Shown piece by piece: positions 44,101 to 58,990 of a stretch of DNA of 64,000 nt (position 1 is the first letter of the stretch; each line of letters begins with the position of its first letter). The position numbers and the translations under genes were made by a program. The notes beneath the pieces are model-generated. The model ran no database searches and was not told the origin of the DNA. It saw only the letters and a program-made list of their open reading frames with translations. The DNA lies in assembly GCA_964016885.1 (NCBI GenBank), contig OZ024745.1:26412001-26476000 (forward strand), in the 5' to 3' direction. The stretch is from Eledone cirrhosa. Its lineage: Eukaryota.

Positions 44101-47100
44101 ACCATATGTACACCAATGATATGTACACCATATGTACACCAATGATATGTACACCATATGTACACCAATGATATGTACACCATATGTTCACCAATGATAT
44201 GTACACCATATGTACACCAATGATATGTACACCATTATGTACACCAATAATATGTACACCATTATGTACACCATATGTACACCAATGATATGTACACCAT
44301 ATGTTCACCAATGATATGTACACCATATGTACACCAATGATATGTACACCATATGTACACCAATGATATGTACAGCATATGTTCACCAATGATATGTACA
44401 CCATATGTACACCAATGATATGTACACCATTATGTACACCAATAATATGTACACCATTATGTACACCATATGTACACCATATGTACACCAATAATATGTA
44501 CACCATATGTACACCATATGTACACCAATGATATGTACGCCATATGTACACCAATGATATGTACACCATTATGTACACCAATGATATGTACACCATATGT
44601 ACACCAATGATATGTACACCATATGTACACCAATGATATGTACACCATTATGTACACCAATGATATGTACACCATTATGTACACCAATGATATTTACACC
44701 GTATGTACACCAATGATATGTACACCAATGATATTTACACCATATGTACACCAATGATATGTACACCATTATGCACACCAATGATATGTACACCATATGT
44801 ACACCATATGTACACCAATGATATATACACAATATGTACACCAATGATATGTACACCATATGTACACCAATGATATGTACACCATTAAGTACACCAATGA
44901 TATGTACACCATATGTACACCAATGATATGTACACCATATGTACACCAATGATATGTACACCATTATGTACACCAATAATATGTACACCATATGTACACC
45001 AATGATATGTACACCATATGTACACCAATGATATGTACACCATATGTACACCAATGATATTTACACCATATGTACACCAATGATATGTACACCATATGTA
45101 CACCAATGATATGTACACCATATGTACACCAATGATATGTACACCATATGTACACTAATCATATGTACACCATATGTACACCAATGATATGTACACCATT
45201 ATGTACTCCAATGATATGTACACCATTATGCACACCAATGATATGTACACCATATGTACACCAATGATATGTACACCATATGTACACCAATGATATGTAC
45301 ACCATATGTATACCAATGATATGTACACCATATGTACACCAATGATATGTACACCATATGTACACCAATGATATGTACACCATATGTACACCAATGATAT
45401 GTACACCATATGTACACCAATGATATGTACACCATATGTTCACCAATGATATGTACACCATATGTACACCAATGATATGTACACCATTATGTACACCAAT
45501 AATATGTACACCATTATGTACACCATATGTACACCAATGATATGTACACCATATGTTCACCAATGATATGTACACCATATGTACACCAATGATATGTACA
45601 CCATATGTACACCAATGATATGTACACCATATGTTCACCAATGATATGTACACCATATGTACACCAATGATATGTACACCATTATGTACACCAATAATAT
45701 GTACACCATTATGTACACCATATGTACACCATATGTACACCAATGATATGTACACCATATGTACACCAATGATATGTACACCATATGTATACCAATGATA
45801 TGTACACCATATGTACACCAATGATATGTACACCATATGTACACCAATGATATGTACACCATATGTACACCAATGATATGTACACCATATGTACACCAAT
45901 GATATGTACACCATATGTTCACCAATGATATGTACACCATATGTTCACCAATGATATGTACACCATTATGTACACCAATGATATGTACACCATATGTACA
46001 CCAATGATATGTACACCATTATGTACACCATATGTACACCAATGATATGTACACCATTATGTATACCAATGATATGTACACCATATGTACACCAATGATA
46101 TGTACACCATATGTTCACCAATGATATGTACACCATATGTACACCAATGATATGTACACCATATGTACACCAATGATATGTACACCATATGTTCACCAAT
46201 GATATGTACACCATATGTACACCAATGATATGTACACCATTATGTACACCAATAATATGTACACCATTATGTACACCATATGTACACCAATGATATGTAC
46301 ACCATATGTTCACCAATGATATGTACACCATATGTACACCAATGATATGTACACCATTATGTACACCATATGTACACCATATGTACACCAATGATATGTA
46401 CACCATATGTACACCTATGATATGTACACCATATGTACACCAATGATATGTACACCATTATGTACACCAATGATATGTACACCATATGTACACCAATAAT
46501 ATGTACACCATATGTACACCAATGATATGTACACTATATGTACACCAATGATATGTACACCATATGTACACCAATGATATGTACACCATATGTACACCAA
46601 TGATATGTACACCATTATGCACACCAATGATATGTACACCATATGTACACCAATGATATGTACACCATATGTACACCAATGATATGTACACCATATGTAC
46701 ACCAATGATATGTACACCATATGTACACCATATGTACACCAATGATATGTACGCCATATGTACACCAATGATATGTACACCATTATGTACACCAATGATA
46801 TGTACACCATATGTACACCAATGATATGTACACCATATGTACACCATATGTACACCAATGATATGTACGCCATATGTACACCAATGATATGTACACCATA
46901 TGTACACCAATGATATGTACACCATATGTACACCATATGTACACCAATGATATGTACACCATATGCACACCAATGATATGTACACCATTATGTACACCAA
47001 TGATATGTACACCATATGTACACAAATGATATGTACACCATATGTACACCAATGATATGTACACCATTATGCACACCAATAATATGTACACCATATGTAT

Positions 47101-50100
47101 ACCAATGATATGTACACCATATGTACACCAATGATATGTACACCATATGTACACCAATGATATGTACACCATATGTACACCAATGATATGTACACCATAT
47201 GTACACCAATGATATGTACACCATATGTTCACCAATGATAAGTACACCATATGTTCACCAATGATATGTACACCATTATGTACACCAATGATATGTACAC
47301 CATATGTACACTAATGATATGTACACCATTATGTACACCATATGTACACCAATGATATGTACACCATTATGTATACCAATGATATGTACACCATATGTAC
47401 ACCAATGATATGTACACCATATGTTCACCAATGATATGTACACCATATGTACACCAATGATATGTACACCATATGTACACCAATGATATGTACACCATAT
47501 GTTCACCAATGATATGTACACCATATGTACACCAATGATATGTACACCATTATGTACACCAATAATATGTACACCATTATGTACACCATATGTACACCAA
47601 TGATATGTACACCATATGTTCACCAATGATATGTACACCATATGTACACCAATGATATGTACACCATTATGTACACCATATGTACACCATATGTACACCA
47701 ATGATATGTACACCATATGTACACCAATGATATGTACACCATATGTACACCAATGATATGTACACCATTATGTACACCAATGATATGTACACCATATGTA
47801 CACCAATAATATGTACACCATATGTACACCAATGATATGTACACCATATGTACACCAATGATGTGTACACCATATGTACACCAATGATATGTACACCATT
47901 ATGCACACCAATGATATGTACACCATATGTACACCAATGATATGTACACCATATGTACACCAATGATATGTACACCATATGTACACCAATGATATGTACA
48001 CCATATGTACACCAATGATATGTACACCATATGTTCACCAATGATATGTACACCATATGTACACCAATGATATGTACACCATATGTACACCAATGATATG
48101 TACACCATATGTACACCAATGATATGTACACCATATGTACACCATATGTACACCAATGATATGTACGCCATATGTACACCAATGATATGTACACCATTAT
48201 GTACACCAATGATATGTACACCATATGTACACCAATGATATGTACACCATATGTACACCATATGTACACCAATGATATGTACGCCATATGTACACCAATG
48301 ATATGTACACCATTATGTACACCAATGATATGTACGCCATATGTACACCAATGATATGTACACCATTATGTACACCAATGATATGTACACCATATGTACA
48401 CCAATGATATGTACACCATATGTACACCATATGTACACCAATGATATGTACACCATATGCACACCAATGATATGTACACCATTATGTACACCAATGATAT
48501 GTACACCATATGTACACCAATGATATGTACACCATATGTACACCAATGATATGTACACCATTATGCACACCAATGATATGTACACCATATGTACACCAAT
48601 GATATGTACACCATATGTACACCAATGATATGTACACCATTATGTACACCAATGATATGTACACCATATGTACACCAATGATATGTACACCATTATGCAC
48701 ACCAATGATATGTACACCATTATGTACACCATATGTACACCATATGTACACCAATGATATGTACACCATATGTACACCAATGATATGTACATCATATGTA
48801 CACCAATGATATGTACACCATATGTACACCAATGATATGTACGCCATATGTACACCAATGGTATGTACACCATTATGTACACCATATGTACACCATATGT
48901 ACACCAATGATATGTACACCATATGTACACCAATGATATGTACACCATATGTACTCCAATGATATGTACACCATTATGCACACCAATGATATGTACACCA
49001 TATGTACACCAATGATATGTACACCATATGTACACCAATGTTATGTACACCATATGTACACCAATGATATGTACACCATATGTACACCAATGATATGTAC
49101 ACCATATGTACACCAATGATATGTACACCATTATGTACACCATATGTACACCAATGATATGTACACCATATGTACACCAATGATATGTACACCATTATGT
49201 ACACCAATGATATGTACACCATATGTACACCAATGATATGTACACCATATGTACACCATATGTACACCAATGATATGTACACCATTATGTACACCATATG
49301 TACACCAACGATATGTACACCAAATTACACCAATGATATGTACACCATATGTACACCAATAATATGTACACCATATGTACACCAATGATATGTACACCAA
49401 TGATATGTACACCATATGTTCACCAATGATATGTACACCATTATGTACACCAATGATATGTACACCATATGTACACCAATAATATGTACACCATATGTAC
49501 ACCAATGATATGTACACCATTATGTACACCAATGATATGTACACCATATGTACACCAATGATATGTACACCATATGTACACCAATGATATGTACACCATA
49601 TGTACACCAATGATATGTACACCATATGTACACAAATGATATGTACACCATATGTACACCAATGATATGTACACCATATGTACACCAATGATATGTACAC
49701 CATTATGTACACCAATGATATGTACACCATATGTACACCAATGATATGTACACCATATGTACACCATATGTACACCAATGATATGTACACCATTATGTAC
49801 ACCATATGTACACCAATGATATGTACACCAAATTACACCAATGATATGTACACCATATGTACACCAATAATATGTACACCATATGTACACCAATGATATG
49901 TACACCATATGTACACCAATGATATGTACACCAATGATATGTACACCAATGATATGTACACCAATGATATGTACACCATATGTACACCAATGATATTTAC
50001 ACCATATGTACACCAATGATATGTACACCATTATGTACTCCAATGATATGTACACCATATGTACACTAATGATATGTACACCATTATGCACACCAATGAT

Positions 50101-51403
50101 ATGTACACCATATGTACACCAATGATATGTACACCATATGTACACCAATGATATGTACACCATATGTACACCAATGATATGTACACCATATGTACACCAA
50201 TGATATGTACACCATTATGCACACCAATGATATGTACACCATATATACACCAATGATATGTACACCAAATTACACCAATGGTATGTACACCATATGTACA
50301 CTAATGATATGTACACCAATGATATGTACACTAATGATATGTACACCATATGTACACTAATCATATGTACACCATATGTACACCAATGATATGTACACCA
50401 TATGTACTCCAATGATATGTACACCATATGTACACCAATGATATGTACACCATATGTACACCAATGGTATGTACACCATATGTACACCAATGATATGTAC
50501 ACCAAATTACACCAATGATATGTACACCATATGTACACTAATGATATGTACACCATATGTACACCAATGATATGTACGCCATATGTACACCAATGATATG
50601 TACACCATATGTACACCAATGATATGTACACCATATGTACTCCAATGATATGTACACCATTATGCACACCAATGATATGTACACCATATGTACACCAATG
50701 ATATGTACACCATTATGTACTCCAATGATATGTACACCATATGTACACCAATGATATGTACACCATATGTACACCAATGGTATGTACACCATATGTACAC
50801 CAATGATATGTACACCATATGTACACCAATGATATGTACACCATATGTATACCAATGATATGTACACCATATGTACACCAATGATATGTACACCATATGT
50901 ACACTAATGATATGTACACCATATGTACACCAATGATATGTACACCATTATGTACTCCAATGATATGTACACCATATGTACACCAATGATATGTACACCA
51001 TATGTACACCAATGGTATGTACACCATTATGTATACCAATGATATGTACACCATATGTACACCAATGATATGTACACCATATGTACACCAATGGTATGTA
51101 CACCATTATGTATACCAATGATATGTACACCATATGTACACCAATGATATGTACACCATATGTACACCAATGGTATGTACACCATTATGTATACCAATGA
51201 TATGTACACCATATGTACACCAATGATATGTACACCATATGTACACCAATGGTATGTACACCATTATGTATACCAATGATATGTACACCATATGTACACC
51301 AATGATATGTACACCATATGTACACCAATGGTATGTACACCATTATGTATACCAATGATATGTACACCATATCTACACCAATGATATGTACACCATTATG
51401 CAC
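41128..51403. repeat. ~10.2 kb satellite array of TATGTACACCA (11), TTATGTACACCA (12) and ATGATATGTACACCA (15) units; dominant period 26 bp
   Basis: Direct reading. Identical ORF-track translations recur at offsets of 1252 and 1310 bp, and near-identical ones at 508, 169 and 79 bp. Confidence 0.98.
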
Positions 51404-51614
51404 GTATGGTTTGTATAATCACTGACATGAAATTCACGAATATCCTCATCCATGAAGGGTAATAATTAAAATTTGAATCAGTTTCTAAAGTACATATATA
51501 TTGGCATGAAGCGTCCCTAAACATGCATTATGTACTTAGTAAATGTAATTTATGCAGATTTATTTTTTCACTTCGGAAATTTGTAAAAAATACATGACTG
51601 TGAATAATCCAAGC

Positions 51615-51810
51615 AATGTAAGACGTGCCATTCATGTAAGAGTGCCATGCATGTAAGACGTGTCATGCATCTAAGAGGTGCCATGCATGTAAGATGTGCC
51701 ATGCATGTAAGACGTGCCCTGCATGTAAGACGTGCCCTGCATGTAAGACGTGTAATGCATGTAAGACGTGCCCTGCATGTAAGACGTGTCATGCATGTAA
51801 GACGTGTCAT
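51615..51810. repeat. 18-bp minisatellite, ~10 copies
   Basis: Unit atgcatgtaagacgtgcc and variants. Confidence 0.95.
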
Positions 51811-52047
51811 ATATTTGTATAACACGAGGAAAGGAAAAGTTACTTGTTGATCTAATATTTAAAGTCTTCAATGCTAAATAACAATTGTAAATCACATAAC
51901 CGGTGAGATAAAAAATTCTATATGCACATTCTTCTATGAAAAATCGTTTGATGAAATGGGATAGACACATGTGCACACATACCAACGCAAACACACACCT
52001 ATATATATGCATATATATATATATGTGTGTATGTGTGTATATATATA

Positions 52048-52210
52048 GAGGGTGATCAAGATTACACTAGTTTTAAATAAGTAAACCATTATTCAGCAGA
52101 GTACACAATCTTTGTTATAGTACGGTGAAAATGTAACAGAGGGCGCCCGACGGCCGAATTCTTGCCGTTTCGATAGCACATCAGTCGCTGGGCCCTGACA
52201 TTCTTCTCTT

Positions 52211-52213
<3 letters not shown>
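52048..52213 (-). mobile_element. TA-flanked element related to family C, with hammerhead-like core
   Basis: Minus strand: CTGATGT-gctatc-GAAAC-ggc aagaattcg gcc-GTC-gggc. Confidence 0.5.
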
Positions 52214-52287
<74 letters not shown>

Positions 52288-52288
52288 T

Positions 52289-52500
52289 TAGAAAGTGAGG
52301 GGTTTTTTTACAAAATGAAAATAACCGAGGTGTCCTACACGAGTGAAAGTATAAAGAAAAAAAGATGTAATCGAAAATGCAACTGGAGTCTTATTTTAAA
52401 AACAATATATATATTTATTTGGTTCCTTTACCGGTTTCGCAGTTCTTCTGCTTTTCAAAAGTAGAGTTGAGATGGAGGGTCTGTGGTTTTTTTCACATCT
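52289..52500 (-). mobile_element. Family D second copy
   Basis: Near-identical to 10170-10345, with a different inverted end. Confidence 0.85.
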
Positions 52501-52529
52501 TTATATATATAAATATATATATATATATA

Positions 52530-52931
52530 GTAATAATAATAAATTTGAAGACTAAAATCCAAAGAGGGCTCGATAAGGATAAATATATATCAAATATATA
52601 AGAACCGTAGAGCACATATTAAAATAACAGATTAAAGTTTAAGCAAAGAATCGCTGCTTTCACCCTTAACGGGATCTTCTGAAACTAAAAAAGTCAATCC
52701 TTGAACGCCAAAGTAAATATTTCAAAAAACGTTGCAACCGGAGGAAGACAGGAAGACGATACTTTGGTTCGTGGAAACGTTCCCTGGCAAAGAACGGAAA
52801 AAAACGAAGATAATACGTCATATGTGGAGCGGGGGAAGAATTGCACGCAAAGATAAAACCACGTAAAAGGTATAACTGAAGTCGTAGACTAAAATTCTAA
52901 CTAGGAAACCGAATGATTATTGGCTTCAGAG
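52530..52931 (-). mobile_element. Family A long copy (no SINE, no internal duplication)
   Basis: Reverse complement of 11-752. Confidence 0.8.
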
Positions 52932-53096
52932 TTAAGAATAAAGTAAATAATATACAGAGGTAATGGAAATTAAATAAATACATACACGCATCCATATACG
53001 TACATACACAAGCATACTCGAAAACACTCACCATATGTATACAAATGTAAGCAACACACTATCGCACACGTACGTCGACAAACACACACACACACA

Positions 53097-53157
<61 letters not shown>

Positions 53158-53255
53158 GTGAATTAACAACCCAACAAGGAACTGGGCATATCAGAGTATT
53201 GACAATATCATACACCTAAACAACATGTGTACTTGTCTATACCATACTAATTCAA

Positions 53256-53316
53256 ACTGCCTGAAGAGGTCACAGCCAAAGATGGCTGTCACTGAAATAT
53301 ATATAGCAGTAATAAA
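53256..53316 (+). ncRNA. Type I hammerhead ribozyme motif (best preserved in the window)
   Basis: actgc-CTGAAGA-ggtcacagcca aaga tggctgtcact-GAAAT-ATAT-ATA^gcagt-AATAAA; predicted cleavage after 53305. Confidence 0.8.
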
Positions 53317-53359
53317 CGAAGCTAAATTTTAATCATTTGACTTTTATTTAACTTTATTT

Positions 53360-53399
<40 letters not shown>

Positions 53400-53728
53400 A
53401 GCTAGTACGTGTGTTTAGAAAACAGAGGCGAGGGAAATTAAAAAAAAATTATTTAGAAGCTTTCGCCGTACTTTTGACTGCGAAAATGGCCTAATAACGG
53501 CAGGTAAGCCCTAAGAGTGGAAACAATGGACCTGAACATGAGTGGGGCAAGGGTCGAAACCACAACCCTTGTTTGCCGGAATGTTTGTGTAATAGGTATC
53601 ACGCTTTTCCGGCAAACACCAGTTATGGGTTTGATTACTACGCATCCCTATGCCCATTTATTCCCCTCTTTCTCTGTTTATATGCCCGGATAATAGACTA
53701 TATTCTATCAGCAAGGAACTAATTCAAA

Positions 53729-53790
<62 letters not shown>

Positions 53791-53792
<2 letters not shown>

Positions 53793-54118
53793 ATATTAAA
53801 ATATAAGTATTAATAACATAGATGTTCTTTTGATCAATTACATTTTATTATACATATTTCGAATGTACAACAGTACGTCCTCATCAGACAAAATATAATC
53901 TCAGGGTATGTCATGTATCATTATATTTTGTCTGATGAGGACGAACTGTTGTACATCCGAAATATGTATAATAAAATGTAATTGATCAAAAGAACATCTA
54001 TGTTATTAATACTTATATTTTAATATTAATAACCCCTGAAAATTATTACAGTTGAGTGCTTCCAATCTACTGTAAAACTCATTCATCGAATATTGTTTAA
54101 CAACTTAATACTTATATA
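53791..54118 (+). mobile_element. TA-flanked fold-back element with ~109-bp arms (53791-53899 / 53920-54028), each containing a hammerhead motif
   Basis: Plus strand: ttttgt-CTGATGA-gga...tcc-GAAAT-atgt-ATA-ataaaa, with a mirror copy on the minus strand. Confidence 0.8.
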
Positions 54119-54194
54119 TAATATGAAAGACGTAAAATAAGAAAATTTAAAAAATTAAAAATTAACTTACTTACCACAAAGGTACTAAGACATA

Positions 54195-54445
54195 ACATAT
54201 TGGTAAACGGAATAGAAAATGCTGACAAAATGTTCACAGTTGAAAAATGGTTTAATTAGGAATAAAAGAGTATTAGTGATTGTATGGGTTAGTATTCAGT
54301 TGTGGTTTTAAGTTTTTAAGTTTTTACCGGTTGCGCATTTCTAAATGCTTTTCAAAAATAATTTTGAGATAGAGTGTCCGTACTGTTTGCTCTGATCCGT
54401 TTACCAATATATAATAACTTGTGTGTTACACCACTATTCTTTTAA
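54195..54445 (-). mobile_element. Family-D-like degenerate element with short inverted repeat
   Basis: atattggtaaacgga / tccgtttaccaatat; minus strand TTGAAAA-gcattt aga aatgc-GCAAC-CG-GTA. Confidence 0.45.
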
Positions 54446-54460
54446 CTATATATATATATG

Positions 54461-54767
54461 AACTAGAAATTGATTGACATATATATATATTTAAAATAAA
54501 CACATGAAACAATCACAGGGGATAATTTGTAGAGTGTGTAATCACACATAGCTAGGTAGGTAACTAATTAAAGTTTAACTAGTGCTTCAAATATTACCTT
54601 TTTTTAAAAATGATTAATCATTTTTTAAAAAGGTAATATTTGAAGCTCTAGTTAAACTTTAATTAGTTACCTACCTAGCTATGTGTGATTACACACTTTA
54701 CAAATTATCCCGTGATTGTTTCATGTGTTTATTTTAAATATATATATATGTCAATCAATTTCTAGTT
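54461..54767. repeat. ~307-bp near-perfect spacerless palindrome
   Basis: Centre tgattaatca (54611-54620); arms match with a few substitutions and indels. Confidence 0.95.
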
Positions 54768-54884
54768 GATATAAAATGCTTGGATCTATTCATTGGAATG
54801 TTTGAGCTTATTATACGGTGGATATGGCGCATGTCTCGCACATGACTCCCTTAATTTAATTTAATTAAATTAATTTTGTATATA

Positions 54885-54948
<64 letters not shown>

Positions 54949-54970
54949 TATATATGTATGTATGTGAATA

Positions 54971-55009
<39 letters not shown>

Positions 55010-55010
<1 letters not shown>

Positions 55011-55110
55011 TATTATTAAAATAACAGATTAAAGTTTAAGCAAAGAATCGGTGCTTTCACATCCTTAACGGGATCTTCTGATTTTAGTCTTCAAATTTAT
55101 TATTATTACT
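55010..55110. mobile_element. Family A fragment with internal inversion
   Basis: ...gctttcacatccttaacgggatcttctga|ttttagtcttcaaatttattattattac. Confidence 0.75.
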
Positions 55111-55129
55111 ATATATATATATATATACA

Positions 55130-55194
55130 CAAGGGCGGTGCCCCAGCATGGCCTCAGCCGGATGGCTGAAACAGGTAAAAGAGTAAAAGAGTAT

Positions 55195-55195
<1 letters not shown>
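55130..55195 (+). mobile_element. 3'-end stub of the CR1-like LINE
   Basis: aagggcggtgccccagcatggcctcagccggatggctgaaacaggtaaaagagtaaaagagt matches the reverse complement of 58650-58712. Confidence 0.75.
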
Positions 55196-55239
<44 letters not shown>

Positions 55240-55243
<4 letters not shown>

Positions 55244-55355
55244 GATCACCTTGACTGACCAGTCTGTCGGGCGCCAATCGGCGCCGCTGGTCACAGTATG
55301 TCGCGCTCTTTTATCCATAAGATAACGCCATCCCACTGGCTGGGCGCGCAGGCCA
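55240..55355 (-). mobile_element. GC-rich dispersed-repeat fragment between TA runs (probable retroposon 3' end)
   Basis: A 115-bp GC-rich island sharply bounded by (TA)n. Confidence 0.4.
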
Positions 55356-55423
55356 TATATATATATAAATATATCTATATCTATATATATATATATATCT
55401 ATCTATCTATCTATATATATGTA

Positions 55424-55470
<47 letters not shown>

Positions 55471-55643
55471 CAAGAAGACAACAACAGAGGTACAAAAAGT
55501 CTTATTAATTTATCGCTTTATATTGGAAAGAGCTAAGAAAGAACGACGTGTCGGTCTTAAGCCCTTATTTCAGGAGTACAAAATAGAGTCAGGATCACAA
55601 AGGAAGAACAGATATGTATAAATATATAGGAAACATATATATA

Positions 55644-55831
55644 AGAAAATGTTTAACTTCGACGGCAGAGCTCAAGCCGTTTGACAGCTATTTCTGGACA
55701 GAAATAGCCGTCGAAAGGGCTTGAGCTCTGACGTCGGGGTTACACATTTTCTTATTACCCACTCTACTACCCTAAGTATTGAGTACTCTGGTGCTTTATG
55801 GTACATCTGGTTCCTTACCACACTCACTTCG

Positions 55832-55833
<2 letters not shown>
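55644..55833 (+). mobile_element. Family B fold-back element
   Basis: Same palindrome and tail as 38898 and 60662, in the opposite orientation. Confidence 0.85.
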
Positions 55834-55870
<37 letters not shown>

Positions 55871-56239
55871 CAGGGAGAAAAAGACGATTATTAGTAAGAA
55901 AAAATATTTGTTTCCCCTTTTTATTTATTTCTCTCTTTTTTTTCTTCCTAATAATCGTCTTTTTCTCCCTGTTTTCATATATATCCTGACTCGTCTGCTC
56001 CCTCTACACATTTTATTATTATATATATATTTTTTTCATTATTATATATATTTTTTTTCTTCTGAAAACGGCGGGTAGTGAAGACGTATGAATCTTTTTC
56101 TTACTATGATATTTTGTAATATGTTTTACATAGATCAATAATTGAATGAACATACAGGGAACTATCCCCCAGAAACGATCGTAAAATAATGAGTTTTACT
56201 ATGAATTAACAGTTTTGTGTTTAATTTCATTGTTTTAAG

Positions 56240-56313
<74 letters not shown>

Positions 56314-56544
56314 GTGAGTTGTTGTTTAACAGATTCTGTTCAGACGAAATATTTGATATTTCAAAACATTGTTTGTGTCCACCTGATTAACCTTTTTTAA
56401 AAGTAAAATATGTAACTTAGTCATCAGATGAATTGAAATCTGCAAACGTACTTAAGTGAGTTACGCAATTACATTGATACCTTTGACTAAATACATCCGA
56501 TGGGGGTGCTGAGAGTTAGGTGCACCTCACAGGATTTAGTGATA

Positions 56545-56712
56545 ATATAATTGTCTCCACTTTTGGCACAAGGCCATCAATTATCCCAGTGCATTACTGG
56601 TACTTTATTTTATCGACCACGTAAGGATGAAAGGCAAAGTTAACCTCGGCGGGATTTGAACTCTATGCGTCAAAGCATGGCGACTGTCCCTCTACCGATA
56701 CTGCCAAATGGT
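56545..56712 (-). mobile_element. tRNA-derived SINE with a deletion in the head
   Basis: Reverse-complement match to the family. Confidence 0.85.
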
Positions 56713-56807
56713 GAATCATCGGGGGTGCAACCATCCTCACTAGCTTCACCCTCACGTAAATTACTTGTGATATTTTGAATGCATCTCCGGAGAGATATCT
56801 ATAAAAC

Positions 56808-57192
<385 letters not shown>

Positions 57193-57193
57193 G

Positions 57194-57230
<37 letters not shown>

Positions 57231-57233
57231 TAT

Positions 57234-57356
<123 letters not shown>

Positions 57357-57790
57357 AAGTCCAAAATTAAGATAAATGAATTAAATGAATTTAATCTAAA
57401 TCGAAATCGTGGGTGTCATGACATAATGCATGCGCCATATATCCTGAGAGTTTAAGCTCAAAGATAAATAAATCTGACCATATTATAATAACTAGAGATT
57501 GATTAACATATAAATATACATGAATAATCACAGGAGATAATTTAAGCTTGCGTGTAACCGCGCATAGCTAGTTTAGGCAATATTTACCTTTAAGAGTGAT
57601 TAACCTTCCTTGTATATATCCCATTAAAGAAATATATTTCACCAATTAATCAGATGGTAAGTCACGGAAAGTGGATATTATTGGATTGTCAACAAGGAAA
57701 GGGATAATATATATTTTATATAAAAAATACGGTGAAAGCTTCTATTTTCTAATTTCAAACTTGCTTGCTGTTTCAAAACATACTTACTTG

Positions 57791-57799
<9 letters not shown>

Positions 57800-57876
<77 letters not shown>

Positions 57877-57878
57877 AT

Positions 57879-57926
<48 letters not shown>

Positions 57927-58007
57927 ATAATAATAAAATTGAAGACTAAAAGAAGCAGCGATTCTTTGCTTAAACTTTAATATATATACACACACACACA
58001 GACACAT

Positions 58008-58075
<68 letters not shown>

Positions 58076-58141
58076 ATAATAATAAAATTGAAGACTAAAA
58101 GAAGCAGCGATTCTTTGCTTAAACTTTAATCTGTTATTTTA

Positions 58142-58146
<5 letters not shown>
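57800..58146. repeat. Tandem duplication of [(CA)n-gacacatac-(CA)n-(TA)n-inverted family A stub]
   Basis: gtaataataataaaattgaagactaaaagaagcagcgattctttgcttaaactttaat at 57924 and 58073. Confidence 0.85.
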
Positions 58147-58189
<43 letters not shown>

Positions 58190-58192
<3 letters not shown>

Positions 58193-58292
58193 GTTAGTTA
58201 TACAACAGTTAATTAACCATTATCGAAGACATATGTTTCACCTTGCGGATTGTCATACTCTACGGATATAACCTCCCAGTGTTCTACCACTA
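58190..58292 (-). mobile_element. Family E diverged copy
   Basis: Minus strand: tagtggtagaacactggg...tccgcaaggtGAAACatatGTC...taactgttgtataac, homologous to 37375-37582. Confidence 0.65.
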
Positions 58293-58598
58293 TATATAGA
58301 TATATGTGGGGGGAGGGATTGTAAGCGTGTGTGTCTCTATTTAGTATATTTCAAACTCAGAAAATAGCTGTAAAATAGAGTTTTCTGCTATAAATAATAA
58401 CTTTTAGAACATCGATTAAAGTAACTCTATAGACAGAAAGAACGTGATTAACTTGTTAACGTCTATAGGGGTAGTTTACCCGATTTTCTAACAATGTTAG
58501 ATATAGTAATAGACAGTGTTACAGCTGTTTTCTCTATCTGAGATTTCTATATTTCCTAAGAATTCAAATATACTCAAAGCTCCGATAGCATGTTTACA

Positions 58599-58629
<31 letters not shown>

Positions 58630-58649
58630 GCGCAAACATACATATATAT

Positions 58650-58990
58650 ACTCTTTCAATCATTTACCTGTTCCAGCCATCCGGCTGAGGCCATGCTGGG
58701 GCACCGCCCTTGTAGCTACACATTCTATCTCTACCCTGTGTAAGAGGGAGTTCGTTGCTGCTGCTCTTAGGTTACCTTCGTACCATGCTGTGGGCTCATC
58801 CGGGATCCTGGAAAGTAGAGTGTCAAGTTGTTTCTTGAAAACATCCATGTCCTCAACATGCAGGTCTCTGACATTTTTTGGCAGCTTCTTGAAGAGTTGA
58901 GAGCCTTTGAACCCTAGGCTATTGCAATATCTACTCCTTATTCTAGATGTGGAAGTCGTGAACTTTCTCACCACACAGTGACGTCCTGTT
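58650..58990 (-). pseudogene. CR1-like LINE 3' fragment (ORF2 end plus 3' UTR)
   Basis: RYCNSLGFKGSQLFKKLPKNVRDL...DVFKKQLDTLLSRIPDEP...TNSL fits the 'lfN.LP..v.....FK..LD' C-terminus of CR1/L2-group ORF2; 3' UTR shared with the 55130 stub. Confidence 0.75.

Noticed and set aside
41148-51403. Dozens of long 'VYIWCTYHWCTYGVHIIG' ORFs
   Set aside because: Translations of the satellite; frames shift with every 11/12/15-nt unit and there are no gene signals.
41128-51403. CRISPR array or telomeric repeat
   Set aside because: No unique spacers and no cas genes; the context is eukaryotic. The array is interstitial and unlike TTAGGG-type repeats.
53545-53640. Hairpin tgtttgccggaa...ttccggcaaaca as a pre-miRNA
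   Set aside because: Only a 12-bp stem; more likely an inverted fragment of a degenerate tRNA-like repeat.
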